Position numbers and translations under genes: made by a program. 64,000 nucleotides of DNA from IMG/VR virus record IMGVR_UViG_3300003877_000001, positions 186,001 to 250,000 of that record; one strand, written 5' to 3'. Shown here piece after piece: positions 10,200 through 18,925 of this stretch (within the stretch, counting starts at the first letter, position 1; each line of letters opens with the position of its first letter). The notes under the pieces are model-generated. The model saw only the letters and a program-made list of their open reading frames with translations, had not been told where the DNA came from and made no database searches.

Positions 10200-10230
10200 T
10201 AAAGGGGAAGCGTGAGAAACTTCCCCTTTT
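10200..10230 (+). terminator. Intrinsic terminator-like hairpin
   Basis: AAAGGGGAAG...CTTCCCCTTTT. Confidence 0.65.
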
Positions 10231-10309
10231 ATTAGGTTTTGTCAAATACATTTTGTAACCTTGCAATAGAGAATTACGTATAATATAACATAAACAAAAA
10301 CACAAGATT

Positions 10310-11497
10310 ATGAATTTAATATTTGGAAACAAAGTTGGAACTAAAGTTAATCTGTTTATTAACGGTACACTTCATTCCAAAGAGTGTGGCACTGATGAAG
10401 GTGCTAATGTGTTCTTCAAAGAAATACTTAAAGTAAAAGCTGATCCTACTGATGAAAATGTAGATGGTCTTTATGTATTATTAAATAAGAATATTCGCAT
10501 TGCGAAAATGGCTGGTTTTGAATATGATGTTAAAACTGGTGAAACGTTCATGGATGGATTTAATACTCCTGTTCCTGAATTGCTTGTTGAAACTATTAAG
10601 GATTACCTAGATAATAACTTTCCAATTGAAAGTATTACTAACTTTTGGAAGCTGTTAATGGCTAATCCTGATCATAGAGTTAGAGAAGATTTATTTAAGT
10701 TCATTGCAACTCATGACTTCTCATTAACCGAGAAAGGTTATATGATTGTCTATAAGACTGTTGATTACATGAACATGAATACCAACGATGTTGCTTCATT
10801 CGTTTCTAATGCTTACCTGAAAGTACGTAAGGATTGGGGAACTTCTGCAAGTAAATATGTTGTGTATAAAAACTTCACAGAAGAAATTGGTGAAGATTTT
10901 GAATTAAAACTTACAAAGAAAGTTACCTTTAACAAATGGGATGTTGAAGCTAAAGGAGTAAAGTTAGTGGGCAACTTGAATGATCTACAAAAGAACCTTG
11001 ACAATTTGATAGAAGATAATAGTTCAGTCTTTACTGATCTACATACTCATAAGATGGAGATTAAACTTGGTGAACCTGTTAAGTTCGAAAGAACTGAATG
11101 TGATTCTGATCCTACAATTGATTGTTCTTATGGTTTGCATGTTGGTGCAACTAATTATGTACAGAGATTTGCTAATAGTGATTCAGTTGTACTTGTTTGC
11201 TTGGTTAATCCAATGAATGTAATGGCTGTACCACAATACGACCATAGTAAAATGAGAGTATGTGAGTACTACCCATTTGCACTTGCAACCTTTGAAGATC
11301 GTAAGATTGATATTATCGAGCAGAAATTCTTCGAGTACGATTATGTATCTCATGAAGAAGAAGAATTGAAACTGTTACTTGCTTCGAAAGAAGAAGATGT
11401 AAGAGAACGTTCTTATAATGCTCCCGAAGATGAAAGGGATTATGACGAGTACTTGACCATCCTAGAAGCTAGAGTTATTGATCTAGCAGGTGAATAG
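10310..11497 (+). CDS. rIIB: RIIB-like protein
   Basis: NFWKLLMANPD, DLFKFI...LTEKGYMIVYK, CSYGLHVG, VNPMNVMAVP..KMRVCEY. Confidence 0.88.
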   Translation: MNLIFGNKVGTKVNLFINGTLHSKECGTDEGANVFFKEILKVKADPTDENVDGLYVLLNKNIRIAKMAGFEYDVKTGETFMDGFNTPVPELLVETIKDYLDNNFPIESITNFWKLLMANPDHRVREDLFKFIATHDFSLTEKGYMIVYKTVDYMNMNTNDVASFVSNAYLKVRKDWGTSASKYVVYKNFTEEIGEDFELKLTKKVTFNKWDVEAKGVKLVGNLNDLQKNLDNLIEDNSSVFTDLHTHKMEIKLGEPVKFERTECDSDPTIDCSYGLHVGATNYVQRFANSDSVVLVCLVNPMNVMAVPQYDHSKMRVCEYYPFALATFEDRKIDIIEQKFFEYDYVSHEEEELKLLLASKEEDVRERSYNAPEDERDYDEYLTILEARVIDLAGE

Positions 11498-11580
11498 GAT
11501 AGCCTAAAATATATCATCCCCTTCTTGTAACATGGAAGGGGATTTTGTCGTATAATATAATATAAGAAAAACAATTAATT

Positions 11581-11841
11581 ATGAGTAAGATCACTGGACA
11601 GAAACTAAGTAAAGACTTAAAGGCAACCAAAATTAAATTGGATAACCTAGAAGCTAAAATTGAAAAGAAATTCCAATTAATACTTGATAATTATAGAGAG
11701 TATCTCACTGATGAAGATACTAATTACCTACATAAAATAGCTGTAAGTGATATGTCTATAAACTTTAAACTAGGTATCATCATTAGAACTGAAGATGCTT
11801 ATGTTAAAGCAACAGGTAACCAAGCTGAAATGTTTAATTAA
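11581..11841 (+). CDS. Hypothetical protein
   Basis: ORF after promoter 11527. Confidence 0.65.
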   Translation: MSKITGQKLSKDLKATKIKLDNLEAKIEKKFQLILDNYREYLTDEDTNYLHKIAVSDMSINFKLGIIIRTEDAYVKATGNQAEMFN

Positions 11842-12111
11842 AAATTATGATAGATTTAAATGAAGACAGCATATATACCGAAGATGAAATCATTATAATT
11901 GGTGATCATCTGAAGAGTCTTAAAGGAATGATCCTTCTAGATAATAATGGTGATTTCTTTGTACTAAAAACAGCATGATTAAGAAACCAGTAAGAATCTT
12001 ATATTCACTACTGGCTGTCCTACCTCTAGGAATTCCTATTATGATGTTGATTTATGGAATTAGAAATAGAATTGAGTTAATAAATAAATTAAAAAACTTT
12101 AAATTAAAATT

Positions 12112-12591
12112 ATGAATAAGATTAACTATGTAACTGGCGATGCTACTAACCCTCAAAGTGACGGCTTTAAAGTAATAGTGCACGTGTGTAATAACATTGG
12201 AGCATGGGGTGCAGGTTTCGTTATGGCACTGAGTAAGAAGTGGGATCAACCTGAACGTGAATATAGAGAGATGAACCACCGTGACTTAGGTATGATCGAT
12301 CTTGTGCAGGTTCAGGACGACATTGCTATATGTAATCTAATAGGTCAAGAAGGGACGATCAAACGTAATGTAACCCGTAACCTTCCACCAGTAAGATACG
12401 TAGCTATTGAGAAGGGTCTTCAAGAACTAGTCGCCATTAATTCTTATAGACATCCTAATGACAAACTATCTGTCCATATGCCAAGGATTGGTTCTGGACT
12501 TGCAGGTGGTAACTGGAAGATCATCGAGACTATCATAGAAGAAACTCTATGTGCAGCAGGTATTGAAGTAACAGTATACGACCTGCCATAG
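12112..12591 (+). CDS. Macro domain protein (Poa1p/DarG-like ADP-ribose processing)
   Basis: GDAT, VHVCNNIGAWGAGF, MPRIGSGLAGGNW. Confidence 0.9.
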   Translation: MNKINYVTGDATNPQSDGFKVIVHVCNNIGAWGAGFVMALSKKWDQPEREYREMNHRDLGMIDLVQVQDDIAICNLIGQEGTIKRNVTRNLPPVRYVAIEKGLQELVAINSYRHPNDKLSVHMPRIGSGLAGGNWKIIETIIEETLCAAGIEVTVYDLP

Positions 12592-12793
12592 GACATCCTA
12601 AATGAAAAACTCTCATGGGTGTGAGAGAATTATAAACTTTTAATTAATAATATTATGATAATAGGATTAATAATATTACTACTACTATCAGGTAAGATAA
12701 TTCATAACCTAATTAAGATTGAAAGAATTCATATAAACATTAAATCAATCATGGAAGAAACTCAAAAAAAAATCAATAACTTTAAATAAAAAT

Positions 12794-13177
12794 ATGACAA
12801 AACCAAATTTAAATATACCTAATCATACTGAAGAGTTAATGAACATCCTTACACTAAGTAAGAAGTCCTATGATAACTATTTATATGATAAGACCCTTGG
12901 ACATGTAACCTCAAGGAAACGTAAAACGTATAAGTATATCTTTGAGACTTATCTCTATGCAGTAGCTGATCTATCACTGAAAGTGAATGCTATCCAGAAA
13001 GACTTAGAGAACCACTACGCTAGGACGTACAAAGACTCACCAGCATTAGGTAATAAACTATACTATGAAGAGTACTTCGATCTACATAAAAAATATGATA
13101 AGGTGAAACGTTTCATCTGGAAAGCAATCTTTAAAATAGATGGAAACGAAAATATCCAACCAGATATTCTTATTTAA
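12794..13177 (+). CDS. Hypothetical protein
   Basis: ORF with A-rich leader. Confidence 0.65.
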   Translation: MTKPNLNIPNHTEELMNILTLSKKSYDNYLYDKTLGHVTSRKRKTYKYIFETYLYAVADLSLKVNAIQKDLENHYARTYKDSPALGNKLYYEEYFDLHKKYDKVKRFIWKAIFKIDGNENIQPDILI

Positions 13178-13202
13178 AAATATTATCTAGTGCGATCTAC
13201 CC

Positions 13203-13232
13203 AACCCCTTGCAGTTAATTTTGTAAGGGGTT
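13203..13232. terminator. Hairpin at end of the + strand gene block
   Basis: AACCCCTTGCA...TGTAAGGGGTT. Confidence 0.55.
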
Positions 13233-13382
13233 CTATTTGTCTACAATGTCCAACCTCATGATCACAATGTACATCATATTGTCCATGATAACATAGGATA
13301 GTCTTAACATTTCATTAACGAATCAATTCGTACCATATTGTATCATTATTAACACATTATTCTCCGCTAATGAAAAAACCCA

Positions 13383-14167
13383 TAGGACATCCTACGGGTT
13401 TAATCATTCCAAACATGCAAGTACGTTTTCGTACAATACAAACATACAAATAAAAAAAGTCATAAGCAAGAGAAGATGGGATTATTATTTTTAACTAAGA
13501 ATGTTAATACTCGTTGCTTACGACTAAGAGTGGACACCTAAAAATAAATACCCACACATTTCAAAACAATCTTAATTAAGGATATTGCTAGGGACATTGA
13601 TGTCCCGAACACCACATTGTCCAATCCATTAGACAACCCACATTGTACACTCTCATAGGATAGCCTACATAGTAATTGCAATAACTATCATAGCAACCAG
13701 TGCTATATAAATTATTGCTTTTCCATAGGATGTCCTAATTTTAGTTCATCATATATAATACATATCCCATACCAAAAACGTAACTCGTTGTTCCTATGGA
13801 ACTTAACTTTAGGATGTCCTAAGTAATTCCCATTATTGGAAGTTCTTTGTCCCATAATGGGACAAGACATGACGAATTTCATGGTCTTAAATTATTAGAG
13901 AATCGGCTTCGGGCATTTCTACCCTTTGTTGAGAAGCAAGTAAATTATTATGTTTATTTAGGTTATCCTAGCCTGACATTTTTAATTAAGAATATATAAT
14001 TTTTTATAAAATCGAGTTTGAAATTTTATAAAAGAGATTTTTAGTACATGTAGCGACCCAAAAGTGGGTGAAAGTGGTAGGATGTGTTTAATTGTGGTGT
14101 AGAATTAAAAATTTTATGTTATTTTGTTGTTTTATTTATATTTAAATACTCTTTTTAGGATGTCCTA
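13383..14167. repeat. Cluster of TAGGA-NN-(T/G)CCTA palindromes in a non-coding region
   Basis: Copies at 13383, 13656, 13726, 13810, 13959 (variant), 14156; also 11495 and 12589 overlapping TAG stop codons. Confidence 0.8.
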
Positions 14168-14270
14168 AAAGGAACAAAACAAAGGTGTTTTTAATAAAAA
14201 TGGAACATGAAAGAACCATAAAAGTACTACTTCATTTCTACATTAGTAGTTGTTAGGTCAGGGTAATTTA

Positions 14271-14693
14271 GTTGTGATCACCTTACAAAATGTGATAATA
14301 ACCAACCTTGTGCTCACGGTGATGTTTTATTTGACTTGTTGTGATCACCTTACAAAATATGATAATAACCAACAGAGTAGGTTTTATTTTGATAAGCAAG
14401 TAAGTTGTGATCACCTTACAAAATATGATAATAACCAACATATTCCTATTGTTATTATTGTTGTGATCACCTTACAAAATGTAATAATAACCAACCTATC
14501 TTATATACCAACATCTCTTGCCGAGGTTGTGACCACCTTACAAAATATAATAATAACCAACTCCAAGAGCCAACATTCGCAACCACGTACTGTTGTGATC
14601 ACCTTACAAAATATGATAATAACCAACGAGGATGTAGAGTTGGATTATTACCGCTTAGTTGTGATCACCTTACAAAATATGATAATAACCAAC
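14271..14693 (-). CRISPR. CRISPR array: 7 x 36-nt repeats, 6 spacers (31, 30, 20, 30, 30, 30 nt)
   Basis: Plus-strand consensus GTTGTGATCACCTTACAAAATATGATAATAACCAAC starting at 14271, 14338, 14404, 14460, 14526, 14592, 14658 with unique spacers; GTTG...CAAC ends; - orientation inferred from the adjacent gene and repeat-family similarity. Confidence 0.97.
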
Positions 14694-14919
14694 ATTATTA
14701 GAGATAAATCACTAATTATGAACAATTTATATTGTGAAATAATATTATAAATTTGTAAGGTTCTACCCCATTATCATATTATCAATCCATTTTCATGTTT
14801 CTAATACTAGAAGCTATATTTTACGTGGATATCACACTACCCAATCGTTAATTTATAATATTCAATAAGTTAAAGAACTTGTTATTACACTACAAATGTA
14901 GGTAAATAAATTGTAAATA
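14694..14919 (-). ncRNA. Candidate leader / tracrRNA-like (omegaRNA-derived) region
   Basis: Contains segments complementary to the repeat at 14752-14761, 14770-14780 and 14816-14836. Confidence 0.4.
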
Positions 14920-16515
14920 TCAAGAGTTTATATATTTATTTTTAATATTAATTGCAGCATTAAAATCTGCATTATCTTCATGACCACATTTAGTACATTT
15001 AAAATTTGATTGATTAGTTCTATTATTAGAATCTATATTACCACAAACAGAACAAGTTTGTGAAGTATATGCAGGATCAATAAGAATTACTTCTTTACCA
15101 AGTTCTTTAGCTTTATATTCTAATTGGGTTTTAATTGTATTCCAACCAATATCTAGTATAACTCTATTAAAGTTCTGTTTAGATTTACTACCTTTAATAG
15201 TCATATTTTTTATATTAAGGTCTTCAAGAACAAAAGTATTATTATTTTTATTTTTGGTAAGTGTTGAAGTTATATTATGTTGTTTATTATTTCTAATATT
15301 AGAAATTTTAGTATTTATTATACCTAATTTATGTTTTATTCTTTTATATGAATTAGTTAAATAAAAATCTATATCTGTTTTATTTTTTTTATAATAGTCA
15401 TATTTTTTATTAAGTATAGTAGATAGTTTTCTTTTTTCTTCAGCATATTTTAATAGAACATCAAATCTATTTGCAAATATTGGATTATTAAAATCATTAA
15501 TATTTGAAGTTGTTATAGGTCTTTCAACACCTAAATCAATTCCAATGGTTGTTTTATCATTAGTGTGTTTAATTGAATAATTTTCAATATTGGTAATTAC
15601 CTGTATAGATATGAAGTATTGATCTTGCGAATTTTTAGATATAGTATAAGAATTTAATTTAAAAACATTAACATCATTCCACATATTAATAAACAATTTA
15701 TTATGACAAACCATTTTAATTTTTTTTAATTTAGGAATATTAATAGTAACGAATTTACTACCATTACTTATTATTTTAAATGGGGAAATATTACCATTAT
15801 AATTATATAGTATTTGACCAGTAAAAGAGTATGTTGAATTTCTATTTTTAAATTTAGGATAACCTGAATGTGTTTTCCATATTTTAGTAAAAGCATTATC
15901 TAAATTTTGTAATGTATATGATCTAGTAGTAGCATCAACATTTTTTAAGAATCCATATTTAAGGATACCATTTTCATTAAGTTCATTAGAGTTAGCCAAT
16001 ACAGTTAGTTCTTTAGATGCTTTATATTTATTAAAATATAAATCATTATCTTTCATATATTTTCTTCTAGCAACACCAATATCCTTAATTAAAGATTTAT
16101 AGTAGAGCATATGATCTATATCACCAGACTCATTAATATATTTAAAGAAAGAAACAATAAGAGTATCTTCAGTATCTAATTCTATTTTATATTTTTTTAA
16201 ATAGTTGTTAAACTCTTTAGAATCATTTAAATACTTATTTGTAAATTCATCTGAAATATCTTGTTGTTGTCTTAGAAAAGTATTATAGATAAAATTAGAG
16301 GTTCTAACAGCATCATCAAAGTATTGTATTTGTTTTTTATTAGGATAAATCCTAAACTTCAAAGCCTTATTTATTTTTTTTAGTTTAAATGATTTAATAT
16401 CATCTAATATAATATTATCATTTGTTAGAGAAGTTCCAATACCCTTTTTATTTACTTTGATAATATTGTGTATTGTGTTATTTTGTAAAGTAACAATATC
16501 ATTAGGTTGTAGCAT
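14920..16515 (-). CDS. tnpB: CRISPR-associated TnpB/Cas12f-like RNA-guided nuclease (531 aa)
   Basis: KALKFRIYPN (HTH_OrfB), GYPKFK, RuvC-I IGIDLG, RuvC-II VLEDL, Zn finger CSVC...CTKC, RuvC-III NADFNAAINI. Confidence 0.9.
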   Translation of the reverse strand: MLQPNDIVTLQNNTIHNIIKVNKKGIGTSLTNDNIILDDIKSFKLKKINKALKFRIYPNKKQIQYFDDAVRTSNFIYNTFLRQQQDISDEFTNKYLNDSKEFNNYLKKYKIELDTEDTLIVSFFKYINESGDIDHMLYYKSLIKDIGVARRKYMKDNDLYFNKYKASKELTVLANSNELNENGILKYGFLKNVDATTRSYTLQNLDNAFTKIWKTHSGYPKFKNRNSTYSFTGQILYNYNGNISPFKIISNGSKFVTINIPKLKKIKMVCHNKLFINMWNDVNVFKLNSYTISKNSQDQYFISIQVITNIENYSIKHTNDKTTIGIDLGVERPITTSNINDFNNPIFANRFDVLLKYAEEKRKLSTILNKKYDYYKKNKTDIDFYLTNSYKRIKHKLGIINTKISNIRNNKQHNITSTLTKNKNNNTFVLEDLNIKNMTIKGSKSKQNFNRVILDIGWNTIKTQLEYKAKELGKEVILIDPAYTSQTCSVCGNIDSNNRTNQSNFKCTKCGHEDNADFNAAINIKNKYINS

Positions 16516-16680
16516 AAATATTTATTTAAAGATTAAAAGACAAATATAGAAATATAAATTGATTAATGCAATAATATTAAACATAATACTTTTCAATTAT
16601 AGTTTCTTAGGTATTATAAATTCTAAGGTAAACTCCAAAATATGTACTATTATATGCTCCCATATTAAAATGTAATAAAC

Positions 16681-16947
16681 TTAGGTACAATTATAATTAT
16701 ACACCAACCTATTGCTAAAGTATTTAATTTCACCCACACACCAATACTCATTCGCTCCGTTATACTCCTTTTCTAATCTTAGAGTTATACCGTTTTCAAT
16801 AGGTTCAATTAAAAAGCCTTTTACTTTTCTGTTATTATAAACAAACTCTACCGAAGAACCAACAGCACCTAACAATCTGTATAGTGCATTATTTACCTCT
16901 TCCATAGTTACTTTTTGTCTTGTGCTTTTAGGTTGGATTTTATTCAT
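16681..16947 (-). CDS. Hypothetical protein
   Basis: ORF on coding strand. Confidence 0.6.
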   Translation of the reverse strand: MNKIQPKSTRQKVTMEEVNNALYRLLGAVGSSVEFVYNNRKVKGFLIEPIENGITLRLEKEYNGANEYWCVGEIKYFSNRLVYNYNCT

Positions 16948-16993
16948 TTACGTTTAATTCAATAACAATAACTTTAGTTGTTTTCATAATTAA

Positions 16994-17254
16994 TTATTTT
17001 ATTGTATCACCAACATTAAAATTAGTATGACCACCGTACCATTCTCTAATAGTGCCTATACTATCTCTAACAAAAACACCATGTCTTTTTGAATCGAAAT
17101 TACCTAAATTATCTTCAGTACCAATAACAATAGTAGTACCTTCACAATCATTTATCATATTTGCAAAAGTATCGTATGTTATATTTTTTCGATTGCTTAC
17201 GGTGGTGCAACTAACAAATAGAAATGGAAGTATAATATATATTAATTTTTTCAT
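16994..17254 (-). CDS. Putative lipoprotein
   Basis: Signal peptide with lipobox FVSC. Confidence 0.65.
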   Translation of the reverse strand: MKKLIYIILPFLFVSCTTVSNRKNITYDTFANMINDCEGTTIVIGTEDNLGNFDSKRHGVFVRDSIGTIREWYGGHTNFNVGDTIK

Positions 17255-17261
17255 AATTTAT

Positions 17262-17501
17262 TTATTTAGTAAGTTCTTTCATTGTCATAACTGTTAAACT
17301 TCTAAACTTTTGTCTAACCATTCCTTTAATGAATACCTTTTCTTCTTCTTCATACATTCTACTAACATCAACAACCACTAATTGACCATGAGTGTTTAAT
17401 TTTAAAAATACTCCATCAATAAAGTTATCTCCTTTTACTGCTCCACCTTCCATTATAATTTCAAGTGCTTGATAAAAATTTAAATCATAATTTTTTTGCA
17501 T
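17262..17501 (-). CDS. Hypothetical protein
   Basis: ORF in operon-like run. Confidence 0.65.
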   Translation of the reverse strand: MQKNYDLNFYQALEIIMEGGAVKGDNFIDGVFLKLNTHGQLVVVDVSRMYEEEEKVFIKGMVRQKFRSLTVMTMKELTK

Positions 17502-17505
17502 AATA

Positions 17506-17706
17506 TTATTTATTTTTTAATGTTAGTAAACCAAATACAGAAGATAGATAATAGGAAGCACCTATTACATATACAATTATTTTTAACGTATCTTGATTTC
17601 TTAATACGGTAAAGATATTTATTTTAAAGAACAGATAAATCATTACAACTATAAAAGGAATAACGATTACGTTTGTGATACTAATATATGTGATTAATTT
17701 CTTCAT
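17506..17706 (-). CDS. Small 2-TM membrane protein (paralog of 19517..19717)
   Basis: Hydrophobic segments; near-identical to 19517..19717. Confidence 0.7.
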   Translation of the reverse strand: MKKLITYISITNVIVIPFIVVMIYLFFKINIFTVLRNQDTLKIIVYVIGASYYLSSVFGLLTLKNK

Positions 17707-17740
17707 ATTAAGTTATATGTAGAATAGTTAGTAAAGGTTA

Positions 17741-18049
17741 CTATTCCTTATTAAAAAGTGCTACAACTCTAAACATATCTATTTTAGTTGCCATTGCTTC
17801 TAATGATTCTTCTTCTGCAAGAAGTTCATTAGTTTTAATATCAATGAGAACTCTAGTCATGGGTGTTCTTTCACCATCCTTAACTTCCACTACATAGAAA
17901 CAAACAGCATCTAATTTAGGGTTGTCACTAATCATATCTCTAGTACACCATTGGGTAGTAGATTTATCTTCGTACCACTCATAACCATTCTCAGGATTAA
18001 CCCAATATGGTTTTATATTATTATCCCAAGGGAATAGTTTTAGTTTCAT
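17741..18049 (-). CDS. Hypothetical protein
   Basis: ORF in operon-like run. Confidence 0.7.
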   Translation of the reverse strand: MKLKLFPWDNNIKPYWVNPENGYEWYEDKSTTQWCTRDMISDNPKLDAVCFYVVEVKDGERTPMTRVLIDIKTNELLAEEESLEAMATKIDMFRVVALFNKE

Positions 18050-18342
18050 TAATTTATTCTTTTATTAAACCAATTAATTCTTGCTTGTCTATTAGAAGGT
18101 GTCCAACAAAAATCATCTCTATTATCTGTTTTTTCACCTAAATAATTAAAGAAAACATCTCTACCTCTAATAGAATTATTATATTCATTGGTAAACATTT
18201 CATATTCTTTAGTTGTAAGTATACTATCCATAAATAATTTATGCATGGCGATGCACATGCCTAAGTATTTTTGATTATCCTTAGTAGTTCTATTAACATA
18301 TTCTTCTTTACCAAGAATACAAATTTCACTTAATGTTTTCAT
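18049..18342 (-). CDS. Hypothetical protein
   Basis: Overlapping stop/start. Confidence 0.65.
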   Translation of the reverse strand: MKTLSEICILGKEEYVNRTTKDNQKYLGMCIAMHKLFMDSILTTKEYEMFTNEYNNSIRGRDVFFNYLGEKTDNRDDFCWTPSNRQARINWFNKRIN

Positions 18343-18557
18343 TATTCATTTACATTTAATTCTACAACAATAACTTCAACAGTATCTCTTTTTAAGTCGT
18401 AAAAGTTACTAGGATGTTTACTATTACAACATTTATCAACAAATGCATCAATATCATCTTGAGTAGGTTCATTTACGTAAACCTCTTTAGAATGAAATTT
18501 ACCTTTGTTTTCAAAGTTTTTATAAATTCCATGTACTACAATTTGAAATACTTTCAT
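18342..18557 (-). CDS. Hypothetical protein
   Basis: ORF after promoter 18565. Confidence 0.65.
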   Translation of the reverse strand: MKVFQIVVHGIYKNFENKGKFHSKEVYVNEPTQDDIDAFVDKCCNSKHPSNFYDLKRDTVEVIVVELNVNE

Positions 18558-18564
18558 ATTAAGT

Positions 18565-18592
18565 TATACGTATAGGATATCCTAAAGGTTAC
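18565..18592 (-). promoter_or_regulatory. Phage ECF-type promoter with palindromic spacer; further - copies at 21657, 22564, 25101, 27005, 28539, 47076 (palindrome) and 17714, 31186, 32572, 44621, 44974, 45799 (no palindrome)
   Basis: Reverse complement GTAACC TTTAGGATATCCTATA CGTATA just upstream of a start codon. Confidence 0.8.
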
Positions 18593-18925
18593 GTTAGAGG
18601 TTTAACTATTAATAGCATAAATAAAACCCAAGGTATAAGGAAGAATGTAAATATTTCAATTACATCTAAATTAGACACACCTTCTGGATTAGATTTTGTC
18701 CAGTATTTAGATGTTAAATGTTTTCTAAGTATATTCATAAAAAAAACCCATAAAGGGGTTTTGTTATTTGTGCTTGTTTATCAGAAGTTGGTTTAGTTGT
18801 ATTTTCACAACTTGAAGACATTAGTGTAAACATACCTAGTATGATTAGCACACTTAAAATTTTGTTTTTCATTTTTGTTTTAAATTAGACTACAATTATA
18901 ATATGTTATTTTTATATATGCAAGA

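Noticed and set aside
14307-14657. Self-targeting of spacers within the window
   Set aside because: No match noticed by eye; an exhaustive alignment is needed before any conclusion.
14250-14750. 166-aa ORF on + strand
   Set aside because: It is the translation of the CRISPR repeats (VVITLQN...ITN repeated), not a gene.
14920-16515. Ordinary IS200/IS605 insertion sequence
   Set aside because: No TnpA or serine recombinase and no evident IS-end hairpins nearby, and the 3' flank is a CRISPR array. A decayed IS origin is not excluded.
17262-17501. Tad2/DUF2829-like anti-Thoeris protein (NFYQALE...EG start)
   Set aside because: The C-terminal W.ASQ.D.LA.DW motif of that family is absent.
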